Counted from the stretch's first letter, positions 20,226 through 31,600 are shown. The stretch is 64,000 nucleotides of DNA from Candidatus Sulfomarinibacteraceae bacterium (GCA_963796455.1 CAWCLO010000001.1:96001-160000); one strand, 5' to 3'. The notes: generated by a model from the sequence alone, not told the origin. Made by a program: numbers and translations.

Positions 20226-21143
20226 ATGTTATTCATGAACATTGTCAAAGAAGGTTTCCGTATCGCCGGCCGCCACAAGAAGCTCGTCCTGGTGTTGTGG
20301 CTAGCGCCACTCGTACCGGCCCTCGCTCTCGCGGCGATGGCCGCCTCCAACCTTGCCCCGGCCTTCGGTCGCTCCGTTTACGCGGACCGGGTTCTGACCG
20401 GTGATTGGTTCGTCACTTTCCTTGAGTTCCGCGCCTCACCCCTGGATGAACTGGGGCCGATTCTGAGCCTCGGCGTGATGGTGATGGCGGCGTTGACCCT
20501 ATTGGTCCAGGTGGCCTTGTCGGCCGGAGTCGTCGAGGTCGTTCTCGAACGAACCCAGAAGAACCCCTTCGTGCTCGGCATCCGCAAAAACTATCTTCGT
20601 TTCCTGCGGACGAGCATCGTGTTGGGCGCCGCGACCGTTGTGGCGTTCATCGCGGCCCGATTGTTGATGAAAGGCATCTTCAAGATCGCTGAAGCACAGG
20701 CTGACGGCCGTTTCGACATTCTGGGCATCGTTCTGGCCGCCGTGTTCTTCTTCATGATCTGGGCGCCCCTCGATCTGGCCGCCGATCTCTCGAGGATCGC
20801 CGCCGCCCGTCACGACCAACGCTCGATGATTCGTGGCATCTTCCGCGCCCTGGGTGCGGTCCTGCGCCGGCCGGGTCTCCTGATTCCGATGTACCTGGTC
20901 TTCCTCGCGCTGCCAGTGCTGGTCCAGTTCATCTACTACCAACTGCGGTCGCCCTGGACGGCGACGTCTCTGGCGCTGATTCTGGTTTCGTTGATGCTGC
21001 AACAGACGGTCATGCTCCTCCGTGCCTTCTTCAAGCTCGGCATGTGGGGCGCCGAGGTGGCCGCCTACCGCGAGCTCGACGAACCGGAATTCTGTCGCCC
21101 GAAGGTGAAGGCCGCACCGGTCGGTGAGGCCGTGGAAGCATAA
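20226..21143 (+). CDS. Integral membrane protein, co-transcribed with the M1 peptidase
   Basis: About 6 hydrophobic segments; starts 3 nt after the upstream stop; followed by a terminator. Confidence 0.75.
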   Translation: MLFMNIVKEGFRIAGRHKKLVLVLWLAPLVPALALAAMAASNLAPAFGRSVYADRVLTGDWFVTFLEFRASPLDELGPILSLGVMVMAALTLLVQVALSAGVVEVVLERTQKNPFVLGIRKNYLRFLRTSIVLGAATVVAFIAARLLMKGIFKIAEAQADGRFDILGIVLAAVFFFMIWAPLDLAADLSRIAAARHDQRSMIRGIFRALGAVLRRPGLLIPMYLVFLALPVLVQFIYYQLRSPWTATSLALILVSLMLQQTVMLLRAFFKLGMWGAEVAAYRELDEPEFCRPKVKAAPVGEAVEA

Positions 21144-21180
21144 AAAAAGGACCGGTGCCGAAGCACCGGTCCTTTCGTTT
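21144..21180. terminator. Bidirectional intrinsic terminator
   Basis: AAAGGACCGGTGC-cgaa-GCACCGGTCCTTT hairpin with A-tract and T-rich flanks between convergent genes. Confidence 0.85.
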
Positions 21181-21211
21181 GCGCTCTACGATCGGTTGAA
21201 ACGTAGAAGTT

Positions 21212-22612
21212 TTACTGCGTGAGAACCCAACCGATGTCCTCGAAGAGATAGGGCGTGAGATCGAGGTCGAAGGCCGGTGCGAGATCCGGGTTGATGGAAG
21301 GCTCCATCAACAGGTTCGGAGACGCCGAGGTATCCCAGTGGGAGATCGACGACCCCGGCTGCACCGGATTGGGCGCATACAAACGGACATAGTCGTCGGT
21401 CGTACCAGCCAGGAAATTACTGTCAAGGATCAGTTTGACGTTCGATTTTCCCGCGGCCTTGAAGGCATTGCCCTGATCGAGCGTGATGCCAACTGACGGG
21501 ATAGTTATCGTCGGATCCGAACCACCCATGGGTGCAGGTCCCGCAGGCTGGTTGTTGGCCACCATCACGCCCTTGGCTCCGGCGGCCTGGGCGTTGGCAA
21601 CCTTGGTTGTGAAGGCGCAGGCGCCGCGATCGATGAGGGCGATTTTGCCGTTGAGGTTGTTCTGAATCGGCTCGCAGCCATCGCTGCCCACACCCACACC
21701 GTCATCGGCCAGGACTACTTGACCGGTAGTGCCTCCGCCACCGACCAGCGGCGGGCCAAAGGAGGCCTGCTGGGCTTCGTAGCTGCCTTTGAGGCTCTTG
21801 GGCCGCAGCACTTTGACCGAGGGACGGGGGCCGAGGACCATCGACGCCATTCCCGTCACGCTGGGTCCATTCCAGACCACGTTGGGGCCATTTACCGCCG
21901 ACGCTGCGCGCTCGGCATTGGTCATGATGTCCCAGGTCAGTCCGGTCGACACGTCGAGTGAATATTGAGTGTAGACATCGGGGTACCCGAGGAAGAGTGT
22001 CCCGCTCGATTCATCGGCGAAATTGGCAAATCCAAGCCCGTGGGCGATCTCGTGCATGACCACACTCAAGAAATCGATGTCATTTCCCTGGTTGTGATCA
22101 AAACCGTAGTACCAGGTCCGACCGGTGAGACAGTTCGGATCATCGTCGTCGATATCCGAATTGAATCTCGAACCGATGTCAAAGAACCCCGGATTGAGGT
22201 CGCCACCAGCCAGGGCATCGCTGAGAGCCGAGTGATACCAGGTGCCGGCCGAAGGCGCGCCGACAAAATCCCGAAAGACAAAGGTCGTGCCCGCAGAACC
22301 CAACACACCGCCGGTCGAAGAGCATGGCAGGGGCACAAATGATGCCGCGACGTAAATGGTGGCATCACTTTCAATGGCGGCGCCCCAAAGCTGCGCCGCA
22401 AAGTTGAATACGTTGAGGCGCTGCTCGCCAAGGGTCGTGCCCGGGTTTCCACCCACCGGAGTTGCGGGTGTCGGGTCATTGACGCCGACTCCCGGGCCAT
22501 CGACTCCGAACACCACGATATCGGCGGCAGCCGCTTGTCCGGCAGCCACCAGGAAGAACAACAGCGTGAAGGCAAAGCAAACAACGCTGGTTTTGTTGTT
22601 TTGGGTCCTCAT
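21212..22612 (-). CDS. Secreted zinc metalloprotease with PA (protease-associated) domain
   Basis: Signal peptide; HEIAHGLG zinc motif; PA domain GKIALIDRGACAFTTKVANAQAAGAKGV; C-terminal GSSISHWD. Confidence 0.85.
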   Translation of the reverse strand: MRTQNNKTSVVCFAFTLLFFLVAAGQAAAADIVVFGVDGPGVGVNDPTPATPVGGNPGTTLGEQRLNVFNFAAQLWGAAIESDATIYVAASFVPLPCSSTGGVLGSAGTTFVFRDFVGAPSAGTWYHSALSDALAGGDLNPGFFDIGSRFNSDIDDDDPNCLTGRTWYYGFDHNQGNDIDFLSVVMHEIAHGLGFANFADESSGTLFLGYPDVYTQYSLDVSTGLTWDIMTNAERAASAVNGPNVVWNGPSVTGMASMVLGPRPSVKVLRPKSLKGSYEAQQASFGPPLVGGGGTTGQVVLADDGVGVGSDGCEPIQNNLNGKIALIDRGACAFTTKVANAQAAGAKGVMVANNQPAGPAPMGGSDPTITIPSVGITLDQGNAFKAAGKSNVKLILDSNFLAGTTDDYVRLYAPNPVQPGSSISHWDTSASPNLLMEPSINPDLAPAFDLDLTPYLFEDIGWVLTQ

Positions 22613-22616
22613 GACG

Positions 22617-23081
22617 TCACTCCTTTTCCGGTGTCGTGGACTGAGCATCGATCAAATCGTCCACATGATCGTGGTCTTTTGCACATCCATATTCGATTGC
22701 TCCGTCAGGCAGAATCCGAACATAGGAGTAGTTCATCAGGCCGGGATCGAGTTCGGCCGAAACCATTCCATCAGCGTGAACCTTCGGCGCGGCAAGTGAT
22801 TTTGCGGCAGCGGTCGAGCCCGGGAAGCGGCTCCGAAGTTCGGCCGACAATTCAGCCGCCTGCTCATTGGAAAGCGCTTTCATGCGCCCGGTGGATTGAT
22901 CAACGAGGACCCGAATACCGTAAATCTCCATCGGCACAAAACGTTTGGTCGACTCAGTCGACTGGTCAACATCAATATCCGGCATCCCTGCGTTCTGGTC
23001 GGCGGCCTCGATGGCGCTGCCAGCCAGCAGGAGCATCAGACACAATCCGGTCACCCCCAAAATATTTCGCATATCTCTCAT
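22617..23081 (-). CDS. Small secreted protein upstream of the PA-domain protease (possible partner or propeptide)
   Basis: Signal peptide; GIRVLVDQSTGRMK...HADGMVSAEL; 4-nt gap to the protease start. Confidence 0.65.
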   Translation of the reverse strand: MRDMRNILGVTGLCLMLLLAGSAIEAADQNAGMPDIDVDQSTESTKRFVPMEIYGIRVLVDQSTGRMKALSNEQAAELSAELRSRFPGSTAAAKSLAAPKVHADGMVSAELDPGLMNYSYVRILPDGAIEYGCAKDHDHVDDLIDAQSTTPEKE

Positions 23082-23352
23082 CACTCCTCCTCTCGTTTCG
23101 ATCGGTTGAAAGAACCACAGCGAAATCTTCCCCGCCACACGACGAGCGCGGTTGGATTCCTCTGCAGGAGTTGATTGAGCTGTTTTCGCGATCAATATAG
23201 AGAATGATACTTGATATAAATCTCAAAGCAAGTGGTCGAAGTCCACTGTGTCGTCACGACTGTGACGCGCCCCACAAAAACCTGGAGTGATCGGCGAGTG
23301 CGTTGGGAGACCGACCAGCCTAAAGTGGAAGCGATCAAAAGAGGAGTCTGCA

Positions 23353-23693
23353 ATGTCAGGGACGGACCGCATAAAACAATCGTAATCTTCGGCCCAACAG
23401 GAGTCGCCGGATTTGGTGTGCTCCAGGCGTGTCTCGCCGATCCACGGATTGAAGAGGTACGTGCCATTACCCGTCGCAAGCTGGATATCGATCACCCAAA
23501 GCTTCACGAGGTGCAGTGCGATGATTTCTCCGAACTCGATGGGATTGCCGGTAGCCTGACCGGGATCGATGCCGTGTGTTTCTGCCTCGGCAAGGCGATG
23601 CTCCAGGAGACCTTCAACGGCCGCCGCGATGGCACCCTGGAGAACCGTGAGATTCGAGCTCTCGCGGAGACTTATCGTCGATTCGAGAGCTGA
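23353..23693 (+). pseudogene. Degenerate NAD(P)-binding epimerase / HTATIP2-like oxidoreductase (frameshift near start, internal deletion)
   Basis: RBS GAGGAG + ATG 23353 hits a stop within 10 codons. Another frame gives IVIFGPTGVAGFGVLQACL..RAITRR (Rossmann), which jumps from CFCLG straight to C-terminal-like KAMLQ...LENREIRALA. Only ~110 aa. Confidence 0.6.
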
Positions 23694-23794
23694 CCCGCCT
23701 CCAAATCGCCACATCTTGCCTCCTCATCGTCTCCGACAGGTCGCGGGGAGGCCAAATCAGCGTCCGATCCTTGGAAGCAAGGAGGCATCGGACA

Positions 23795-24770
23795 ATGCGC
23801 CACCAACTCACTCTTCTCACCACCCTCATCCTGGCCCTTTTTGCCTGCCCCTCCCCCGCCGCAGCCGACCTCGATGTGGTTTTTGTCCTCGATACCACCG
23901 GCTCCATGGGCGGCGAACTCCGCGAGGTCCAGGACCGCGTGCAACAACTGGCCATTTCCCTGGCCGAGATACGCGAGGGCGAACGAATCCGCTATGGGAT
24001 CGTGGCCTATCGCGACCGCGGTGATGAATATGTGACCAGCGTCTTCGATCTCAGCAGCGACATCGCGGCGGCCGGGAAATTCCTGGCCTCGCTATCGGCC
24101 AACGGCGGCGGCGACGGTCCCGAATCGGTGGTGGCGGCCCTGGTCGCAGCCCTCTGGGAGATGTCGTGGGATCGCAGCGCAGGCATCGACCGGCAGATCT
24201 TTCTCGTCGGCGATGCCCCTCCCCACCTCGACTACGGCGACGAAGCGACACCGGAGCAACTGATCGAAGAAGCGAGACGGGCACGAATCGTGATCAACAC
24301 CATCGGTTGCCGGTCCCTGCCCTCCCACGGCGTCGAATTCTTTCGTTCGATGGCCTATGCAACCGAGGGCAGCTACCAGCACATCGGCCGGGTTTCAGCG
24401 GCCGGGGCGGGCACGGTCACCGAAGCCGTGAGCCGCTCGATGACCACCGCTGCCGCCAACCGGTCGCGAAGTCAGCGCGAGCTGGCTTTCGCATCACGAT
24501 GGTGACTCCGCGGGAATCCTGGTTCGCCAGGGTGGACTGCGAGGGGTGGGTCAGAGCCGCGATGAAGCCGGTCTCGACCCGTGCAACATCGAGGTTCGGT
24601 TGCCGCACGGTTTCGCCCTGGTTGAACCACCCAGGGTGTGGATCGACAGCGATCGTCTCCTGGTCGAGCTGAATCTGACCGACGGACCGGGAGGGGTCGA
24701 CCTCTTCTCCATGGACGAGTGTCCGCCACGCACGACACCTGTACATGTGGTTCTGGGAGGTGGATCATGA
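23795..24770 (+). CDS. Exported vWA domain protein (probable frameshift ~24485 joining 23795-24505 and 24546-24770)
   Basis: Signal peptide; DVVFVLDTTGSM MIDAS, GGGDGPE, LVGDAPPH. The second frame is open from ~24483 and its TGA overlaps the next ATG. Confidence 0.75.
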
Positions 24771-26465
24771 AACGTTTCATCTTTTTGATCTTCGCCCTCC
24801 TGCCCTCGACACTCGAAGCACAGAACGATGCCGAAGCCGGGCTCTTTGCCAAAGCACAACAGTTGCCGCTGGTATCGCAATCGGTGGTCGTCCGGGTCCA
24901 CGGCGGCGAAGCCCGGATCGAACTGACGCAGGTCTTTGCCAACGACGGCGCCGAGATCGCCCAGGCCGACTACCGCCTGCACCTCCCCCGCGAGGCGGTG
25001 GTCACCGGTTTCGGTTTCTGGAACGACGGCACATTTCTACGCGCCGAACTCAAAGAACGTGAAGAGGCCGCACGGGCTCATCGCGCCGCGGCGAGCGAAG
25101 GCCGGCCGACGGCCATTCTGAAGAGAGAGGGCACGATCCACCCCTTCACGGTCTACCCGGTCCTGGCAGGATCGCTCCAGGAGATCGAGGTCACAATGAC
25201 CCTGCCGGTGACCACCGAAGGCGGCAGATCATCGATCCGGCTGCCGCTCGACTCCTTCCTCGGCCACTCCCGGTTGACATCGACCATCGTCGCCCACATC
25301 GAGACCCGCGACAAATTGCTGGCCATCGGGATCGATGGCGGCCGATTCGAAGAGCGGCGACGAGAAAAGCGATCGGCGGAACTGGTTTTTTCGTCCGACG
25401 AGGCGACGGATATCTGGTGGGCATCCGAGGCGCCACCGTCTGCTCGCCGCCGCCGAGTCGGTGCCCCTCGACGACGGCAAATATGCCATCCAGCTCCGTC
25501 TGGCCCTCAACGAAGGCAGGCGCGGGGGTGTTCTGCCGTCGATCGCACTTCTGGTTGATGCCTCGATTTCGATGCGCCGCCGCGGCCGCGCCCTCGATGC
25601 CTTCGTCACCAGGGTCATGGATCTGGCTCCCTCATCGGTCCGGGTCTTCGCCGTGGCCGAGGAGATGGTCGAGGTGACTTCCTCTGATTCTCGCGAAGTT
25701 GTCAGCGGTCTGCTCTCAGGTGCAGCCGGTTTTTCCACTGGTTGGTCCGACCTGCACGACGCAGCCGAGAGAATCGGCTGTACATCGAGCGGATTGCGGT
25801 GCATCGCCATCACCGACCCCCAGGTTGTCGGGCTGCCCGAGGATCGCTCACTCGAGGTGCTCTTTCTCAGCGACGCGGACGAACTCGCCCATTTCGAAAG
25901 CGTGCTCGGCCGGGCCGCCCTCGTTCACCAGCCCGATATCGAACCGGTGGGTCGGCTTTTCGCACTTGCCGATGAGCTGGTCCTGCCGGTCCTCGAGGTC
26001 CAGTCGATCTCGCAACACTCCGCCGTGCTCCGGCCCGCCGGTGGACCGAGGCTGCGGACGGCCCAGGGAAGCCTGCTCCGTCTCTATCTCGAAAGTGAGT
26101 CGCTGCGGGACCTCGAGGTCGAACTCACAATCGATGGCAAGGCCGTATCCCGGAAGGTCGATATCGAGCGAATCGATCCCGCGACCCGTCTCGGGAGATC
26201 GCTACGGCGGGGCTACTACCGATCGCTCCTGAACGATTGGACCGCCGATTATCGGAGGTCACGGGACCCCGAACTCAAACGCCAGATCGTCCAGGTCAGT
26301 CTCCGTGAGGAGATCCCGAGCGATCTGACGGCCCTCCACGTCGCTGCGCCATCGAGCGTGTTGGCCCGCACCGCGACACCGGCTCCCCTCTTGCGTCTCC
26401 TCGGGCTGCTGCTGACCCTTGCCGGTGCGCTGATGCTGTTCACCATCGGTCGGTGGCGGCCATGA
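24767..26465 (+). CDS. VIT + vWA sortase-target protein (marine proteobacterial sortase target-like), frameshift ~25439
   Basis: Signal peptide; VIT-like ELTQVFAN...YRLHLP.EAVVTGF...AELKEREEA; LLVDASISM; C-terminal LARTAT + TM helix + RWR tail. Removing one T at ~25439 restores EAPPLLAAAES. Confidence 0.8.
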
Positions 26466-27028
26466 TCATCTTCAGGCTTTTGGCATCGGCTCTAGTGTTG
26501 ACAGGGATCGGGGCCATGGCCCAGGGCTTTTATCTCCCCGCCAAGGCGGCGCTGGCTCAGGTCCTGTTGCAGCGAGCGTGGGCGGCGTCCGATGAGGGCC
26601 CGGTCCGGCCGTGGCCGTGGGCGGAGACCTGGCCGGTGGGGCGTCTCGAAGCGCCGTCATTGGATCTCGACCGGATCATCCTCGCCGGCAGCGAAGGTGC
26701 GGCGCTCGCATTCGCACCCGGTCACGTGGACGGAACCTCCACACCCGGAGAGGGCGGCAACGTGGTCATCACCGGCCATCGCGACACCGTCTTCAGCTTT
26801 CTCGGCGATCTCGGTATCGGCTCGGTGCTCGTCCTGGAAGGGAGTGATAGAAGACCCCGGCACTATGTGATTGAATCGACGATGGTCGTGCACGAGGAGG
26901 ACACCAGCGTACTCCTGCCCACAGAGCACCCAAGTCTGACACTGATCACCTGTTATCCGTTGGACGCCAGGGCGCCGGGCGGACCGCTCCGCTACGTCGT
27001 TCGCGCCACTGCCGCCACTCAGGGTTGA
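26462..27028 (+). CDS. Class GN (Gram-negative/marine proteobacterial-type) sortase
   Basis: PAKAALAQVLLQRAW, RPWPWAETWP, catalytic GHRDT, TLITCYP, PLRY; ATGA overlap with the target gene. Confidence 0.9.
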   Translation: MIIFRLLASALVLTGIGAMAQGFYLPAKAALAQVLLQRAWAASDEGPVRPWPWAETWPVGRLEAPSLDLDRIILAGSEGAALAFAPGHVDGTSTPGEGGNVVITGHRDTVFSFLGDLGIGSVLVLEGSDRRPRHYVIESTMVVHEEDTSVLLPTEHPSLTLITCYPLDARAPGGPLRYVVRATAATQG

Positions 27029-27759
27029 ATCGATTCTTCATCCACGGGCGCCTCGGGCACGCGCATTTCGATCGGCAGGCCTGGAGCGGTTCGGGTGGTC
27101 AGGTTTGGCGGCAGGTGACCCACGTCGCTGAACGAGAGCACCTTCATGGATCCGTCAGCCTTGATCGTTATGACGGTGAGACTGCAGTTGCCGATCGACA
27201 TCCCGAGCCAGGCCATGGTGTCGACCTTGAGTGCTTTGGTGACGAAATAACGGATCACGTTTCCGTGGCACACCACGAGGTCGTGCCGGTCGCGGTCGGG
27301 TGACGGCGCGAGGTAGATCGGGAAAGCCTCTTCCAGAGTTGTCCGACACTGCCCGAGGTCTTCCTCGGTTTCGTCTGCCATGACGTCTTCGCGCCAGGTC
27401 GGCGGGGTGCACTCACTGATCAGAGACGACGCCCGGAGCTCCAGATCCGGAAACTCCTCACCGATCAAAAGCGCCGTCTGCCGGGCCCGAGCCATCGTGC
27501 TGCTGTGGAGCGAATCGAATTCGACCGGCATCCCTCTCAGACGGGCTGCGAGGAGCTTGGCCTGGGCCACCCCCAGCGGAACCAGCGCTTTGCCGACATA
27601 AGGATCACGTTCGTCGTCCTGATCGTACTCGCCATGGCGAATCAGATAGACCGTGCGAACCCCGTCACCAGTTGTTTCGGGCTCCTGTGCGAAGCCGGGC
27701 CCTGACCCGGCGGCCAGACACAAAACCGTCAGAACCCAGCCCAAACGATGAAACCACAT
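27019..27759 (-). CDS. Exported histidine phosphatase (phosphoglycerate mutase / PGAM5-like)
   Basis: Signal peptide; YLIRHGEY, SSTMARARQTA, VCHGNVIRYF. Confidence 0.85.
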   Translation of the reverse strand: MWFHRLGWVLTVLCLAAGSGPGFAQEPETTGDGVRTVYLIRHGEYDQDDERDPYVGKALVPLGVAQAKLLAARLRGMPVEFDSLHSSTMARARQTALLIGEEFPDLELRASSLISECTPPTWREDVMADETEEDLGQCRTTLEEAFPIYLAPSPDRDRHDLVVCHGNVIRYFVTKALKVDTMAWLGMSIGNCSLTVITIKADGSMKVLSFSDVGHLPPNLTTRTAPGLPIEMRVPEAPVDEESIQP

Positions 27760-27788
27760 AGCACCTTCCCCCGTCGGCCCAGGATATC

Positions 27789-28640
27789 TCAACCCGGTTT
27801 GCGCTCGGCCAGGAATGCCAGAAGTCCACCACCGAGGATCAGGACGCCTCCCGCCAGGCTCAGCGCATCCGGAACTTCGGACCAGATCACGAGGCCGAGG
27901 AGGGCCGAAAAAACGATCGTCGAATAGGTGTAGATGGAGACCTCTGCCGCCGGTGCGTAACGATAGGCCAGGGTCAGACCGAACTGTCCGATCGCGGCAC
28001 CGACTCCAATACCGAACAGCAGCAGGATCTCGCGGCCATCCGGCACATAAAAATCCCGGACCACGAAGGGAAGCAGGCAGACCGCCGAGACCAGGGAAAA
28101 GAAAAAGACAATAGTCTCGGGCGTTTCCCGTGTTCGCAGTGATCGCACCACGGTGTAGGCCCCACCCGCGAAGACCGAGGACGAAAGCCCGATCAGCGCC
28201 GGCAGAATGCTGAGATCAAATCGAGGCTTGATCACAAAGAGCCCTCCGACAAAGGCGATCACCATCGCCAGGATGACCGCCCGCGCCGGTTTCTCACCGA
28301 GGAAAAAAAGAGCGAAGGCCGCGACAAAAAATGGCGACAGCTTGGTCAACATGGCGGCATCGGCCAGGATCAGATGATCGATGGCGTAGAAATAGCAGGT
28401 CACCCCGGCCAACCCGAGCAGCGACCTCAGCAGCAGGAGCGGCCGGCTTTGTCGACTGCCCAGAAGCGGCCGACCCGAACGCAGGGCGACGGCGCCGGCA
28501 ATGAAGAGCGAGATCAGATTGCGGACAAAGACCTTCTCGAGAAGTGGGACCTCGGGGGCCGCTTTGACGCAGGCACTCATTCCGGCAAAGGCTGCGGCCG
28601 ACGCCAGCATGAAGACGACGGCTCGTCCCCGGCTCGTCAT
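27789..28640 (-). CDS. DMT/EamA family transporter
   Basis: VFVRN, LRSLLG, LSPFFVA, FLGEK, QFGLTLAYRYAPA; about 10 TM segments. Confidence 0.88.
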   Translation of the reverse strand: MTSRGRAVVFMLASAAAFAGMSACVKAAPEVPLLEKVFVRNLISLFIAGAVALRSGRPLLGSRQSRPLLLLRSLLGLAGVTCYFYAIDHLILADAAMLTKLSPFFVAAFALFFLGEKPARAVILAMVIAFVGGLFVIKPRFDLSILPALIGLSSSVFAGGAYTVVRSLRTRETPETIVFFFSLVSAVCLLPFVVRDFYVPDGREILLLFGIGVGAAIGQFGLTLAYRYAPAAEVSIYTYSTIVFSALLGLVIWSEVPDALSLAGGVLILGGGLLAFLAERKPG

Positions 28641-28667
28641 GGACTTGATTTCTCGTCGACCCCCTGC

Positions 28668-31600
28668 TCAGCGCTCCGGATAATCAAAGGACAGATCCGG
28701 ATAGGGCGGTGCCTCGGGCACCGAACGCGGATCCTGCCGAATCTTTTCGAGCAGGTGCTCGATCGCGGTATCGAGTTGCGCATCCGAACCCATGAACGTC
28801 GCGTGGGGCAGATTGTCCACCACGATATCGGGCTCGACTCCGTGACCCTCGATCAACCACTCACCATCGGCACTGTAGACACCCATCATCGGCGCGCGGG
28901 CCAGCCCGCCGTCGGAGAGGCGATTGACCGAACTGAGCCAGATCTCTCCACCCCAGGTCCGCATGCCGATGATCTCGCCCAATCCAAGACGCCGGAATCC
29001 TTCGATCACCGCCTCGCCATCCGAGGCCGTGTTTTGATCGCACAGGGCGACCAGATGTCCCCGCGTGGCGTATTGCATGTTCCAGTAGGGTTCTCCAACC
29101 CGTGTTTTCCAATAGAACCAGGCCTGCCGGATCAACTTTTCGAGGATGATGCTGTCGATGTTGCCGCCGTTGTTGTGGCGGAAATCGAGGATGATCCCCT
29201 GCCGATTGAACACCGGGTAGAACTCGCGATACCAGGCCGAGATGTCCCGGCTGCCCATCGCACGGAGGTGGACATAGCCGATTTTCCCATCACTCTTGTC
29301 CTCGACCTCGATCCGGCGCGTGTACTCCCAATCTCGGTAGCGCAGTCCACGTTCGTCTCCGGTGGGAACGACGATGACATCCCGACTCGCCCCGCCGTCG
29401 GCTGATTTCACCCGCAACCGCACCTGTCTGTTTTCCTGGTTTCTCAGGAGGGCGCCGATGTGGTCCGCGCTCAGGGTGGCGAGACCGTTGACCGCCTCGA
29501 CGATGTCACCGGCGGAGATGCCGAGCAAGGGGTCGGCGAGCGGCGACCGCAGATCCGGCAGATCGGGGTCACTTTGATAGATATAGTCGATGCGGTACCC
29601 GCCTGCGTCGGGATCGCGGACGAGCCGCGCTCCGAGACCGGCGGCGTCGATATCGTCGGGGCCATCGCGCAGATCGCCTCCGCGGACGCTGGTATGCAAG
29701 GCTGAGAGTTCACCGACAAAACGGCCGATGAGATCGCTCAACTCGCCCCGGGTGGTCACCCGATCGACCAACGGCAGATATTTGTCGCGGACGGCGTTCC
29801 AATCGACACCGTGCATTGCAGGATCGTAGAAATAGTCGCGTTCCAGACGCCACGCATCGATGAAGATCTGGCGCCAATCCTCGCGAACGTCGATGGCGAA
29901 TGTCCAGCCGTCGAGATCGACCTTGTGCTCACCGAGCTTCGCCGGTTCGGCGGCCTTGGCATCGATGACAAAAAAGTCTTCTCCCTTGCGTAGCAGGAGT
30001 TTCTTGCCGTTCGCCGCGAGCTCGAAGGAACGCACGTCCTCGACCAGGGTTTTTGCCTCGACCTTTTCGTCGGATATCTCGGCGCCCATCAGGTGGGTCT
30101 TTGCTCCCAGACCCGAATCGCGCGACATCCAGAAAAGGGCCTCGGCGTTGACCCCGAGCCCATGGAAGTTCCCGGCGTCGACTGGAACCTCCCACACCCG
30201 TTCCCGTAGACCCTCGAGATCGATCTCTACCGGCGGGGTCCCGGGCTCTTCGCCATCCGGTTTTTCTTTCTTTTCCTTCTCTGGTTTTTCGAACAGCTCG
30301 TCATCAGGTCTGAATGGCGGGCGCAGATCATCCTGCAGCGAAACCTGGTAAATCTTCATCGCCTTGTCGAAATAGGGCTCGGGTTGGCGGGTGCCCCATG
30401 GGCTTCCGACAACCGATTGCAGATTGCGATCGGACAGAAAATAGAGCCATTTCCCATTGGGGCTCCACACGGCGTCGCTGCTGTTGAAGCGATCGCTGGT
30501 CACTGCGGTCAATTGGCCGCTCTTGGTGTCGTGGAGCCACAGCTGTTGGAAGGAATTGAGAGCCGCCTGAACAAACACCACCCACCGGCCGTCGGGCGAC
30601 CACGAGATATCCCCGACGCCCTCCCGGTTCGTTGAGATACGCTTCTGCGCTTTGCTTGCGAGATCGAGTAGCCACAGATCGGAGTTGTTGTCCGTGTAGG
30701 CGATCCACGCGCCGTCGGGAGATGGGTGACCTTGAAAACGGAGGATCGCCCCGTCGTCGGTGAGCACCGTAGAATCGCCGACGCCATCAGCCGGGAGGGT
30801 GGTGAATTCCAGTTCACCGCTCTCGTCCGAGAGCACCAGGATCTCATCGCCCGAGGGCATGAAAACGCCGTCGCGGAAACGCACTCCAGGAGTGTGCGAC
30901 GCCCGCAACCGACGTCCGGCCTTCGCCGGCGCCACAAAGACCCGCCCGCGTGCGGTGAGCACAACGCTCTCACCCTCGGGGTGGATATGGGCGGACGTCA
31001 GATACTGCATGGGTTTTTTCACCCACTTCTCGCGCAGTTGATCGAAATCGGATGCGAGGGTGATCGGGATCATGCTCGAGGCACCGCTCTCGAGATCGTG
31101 GAGCCACAGATCAGCACCGGTCTGATATGCGATACGCCCGCCGTGGAGATCGGCGGCGCGAACATCCCATCCGCTGTGGTTGGTGTGTTGCTCCAGGGTC
31201 CCTCCGTCGGAATCCATTGACCAGATATTCATCGTGCCGTCGCGATCGCTGATGAAATAGACTCGTCCGTTCCACCACATGGGACTATGGCTGCCGCCGG
31301 CATAGTCCGGAGTCAGCACCTCGGCTTCGGAGGCGTCCCTGGCAAACTTCCAGATTTTGCGCGCCGTGCCGCCCTGATATCTTTTCGTCACGTTGCGGTG
31401 ATAACCGGGACGAACAAAGAACAGGGTGTCTCCCGAATCGTCGTAGACGCCTTCACTGGCCTGGCTCAGCGGCACCCTGGTGTGAACCCTGCTTTCGAGG
31501 TCGATCGAAACCAACTGCAGATCCGGCAGGGTCGAGTAGTGAGAGGTCGCATAGACCAGCCCTCCATCCGGTGCCCAGGTCGTGGCGATCGACACCTCTG

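Noticed and set aside
23211..23226. FNR-like box TTGATATAAATCTC
   Set aside because: The right half-site deviates from ATCAA and no promoter context could be established.
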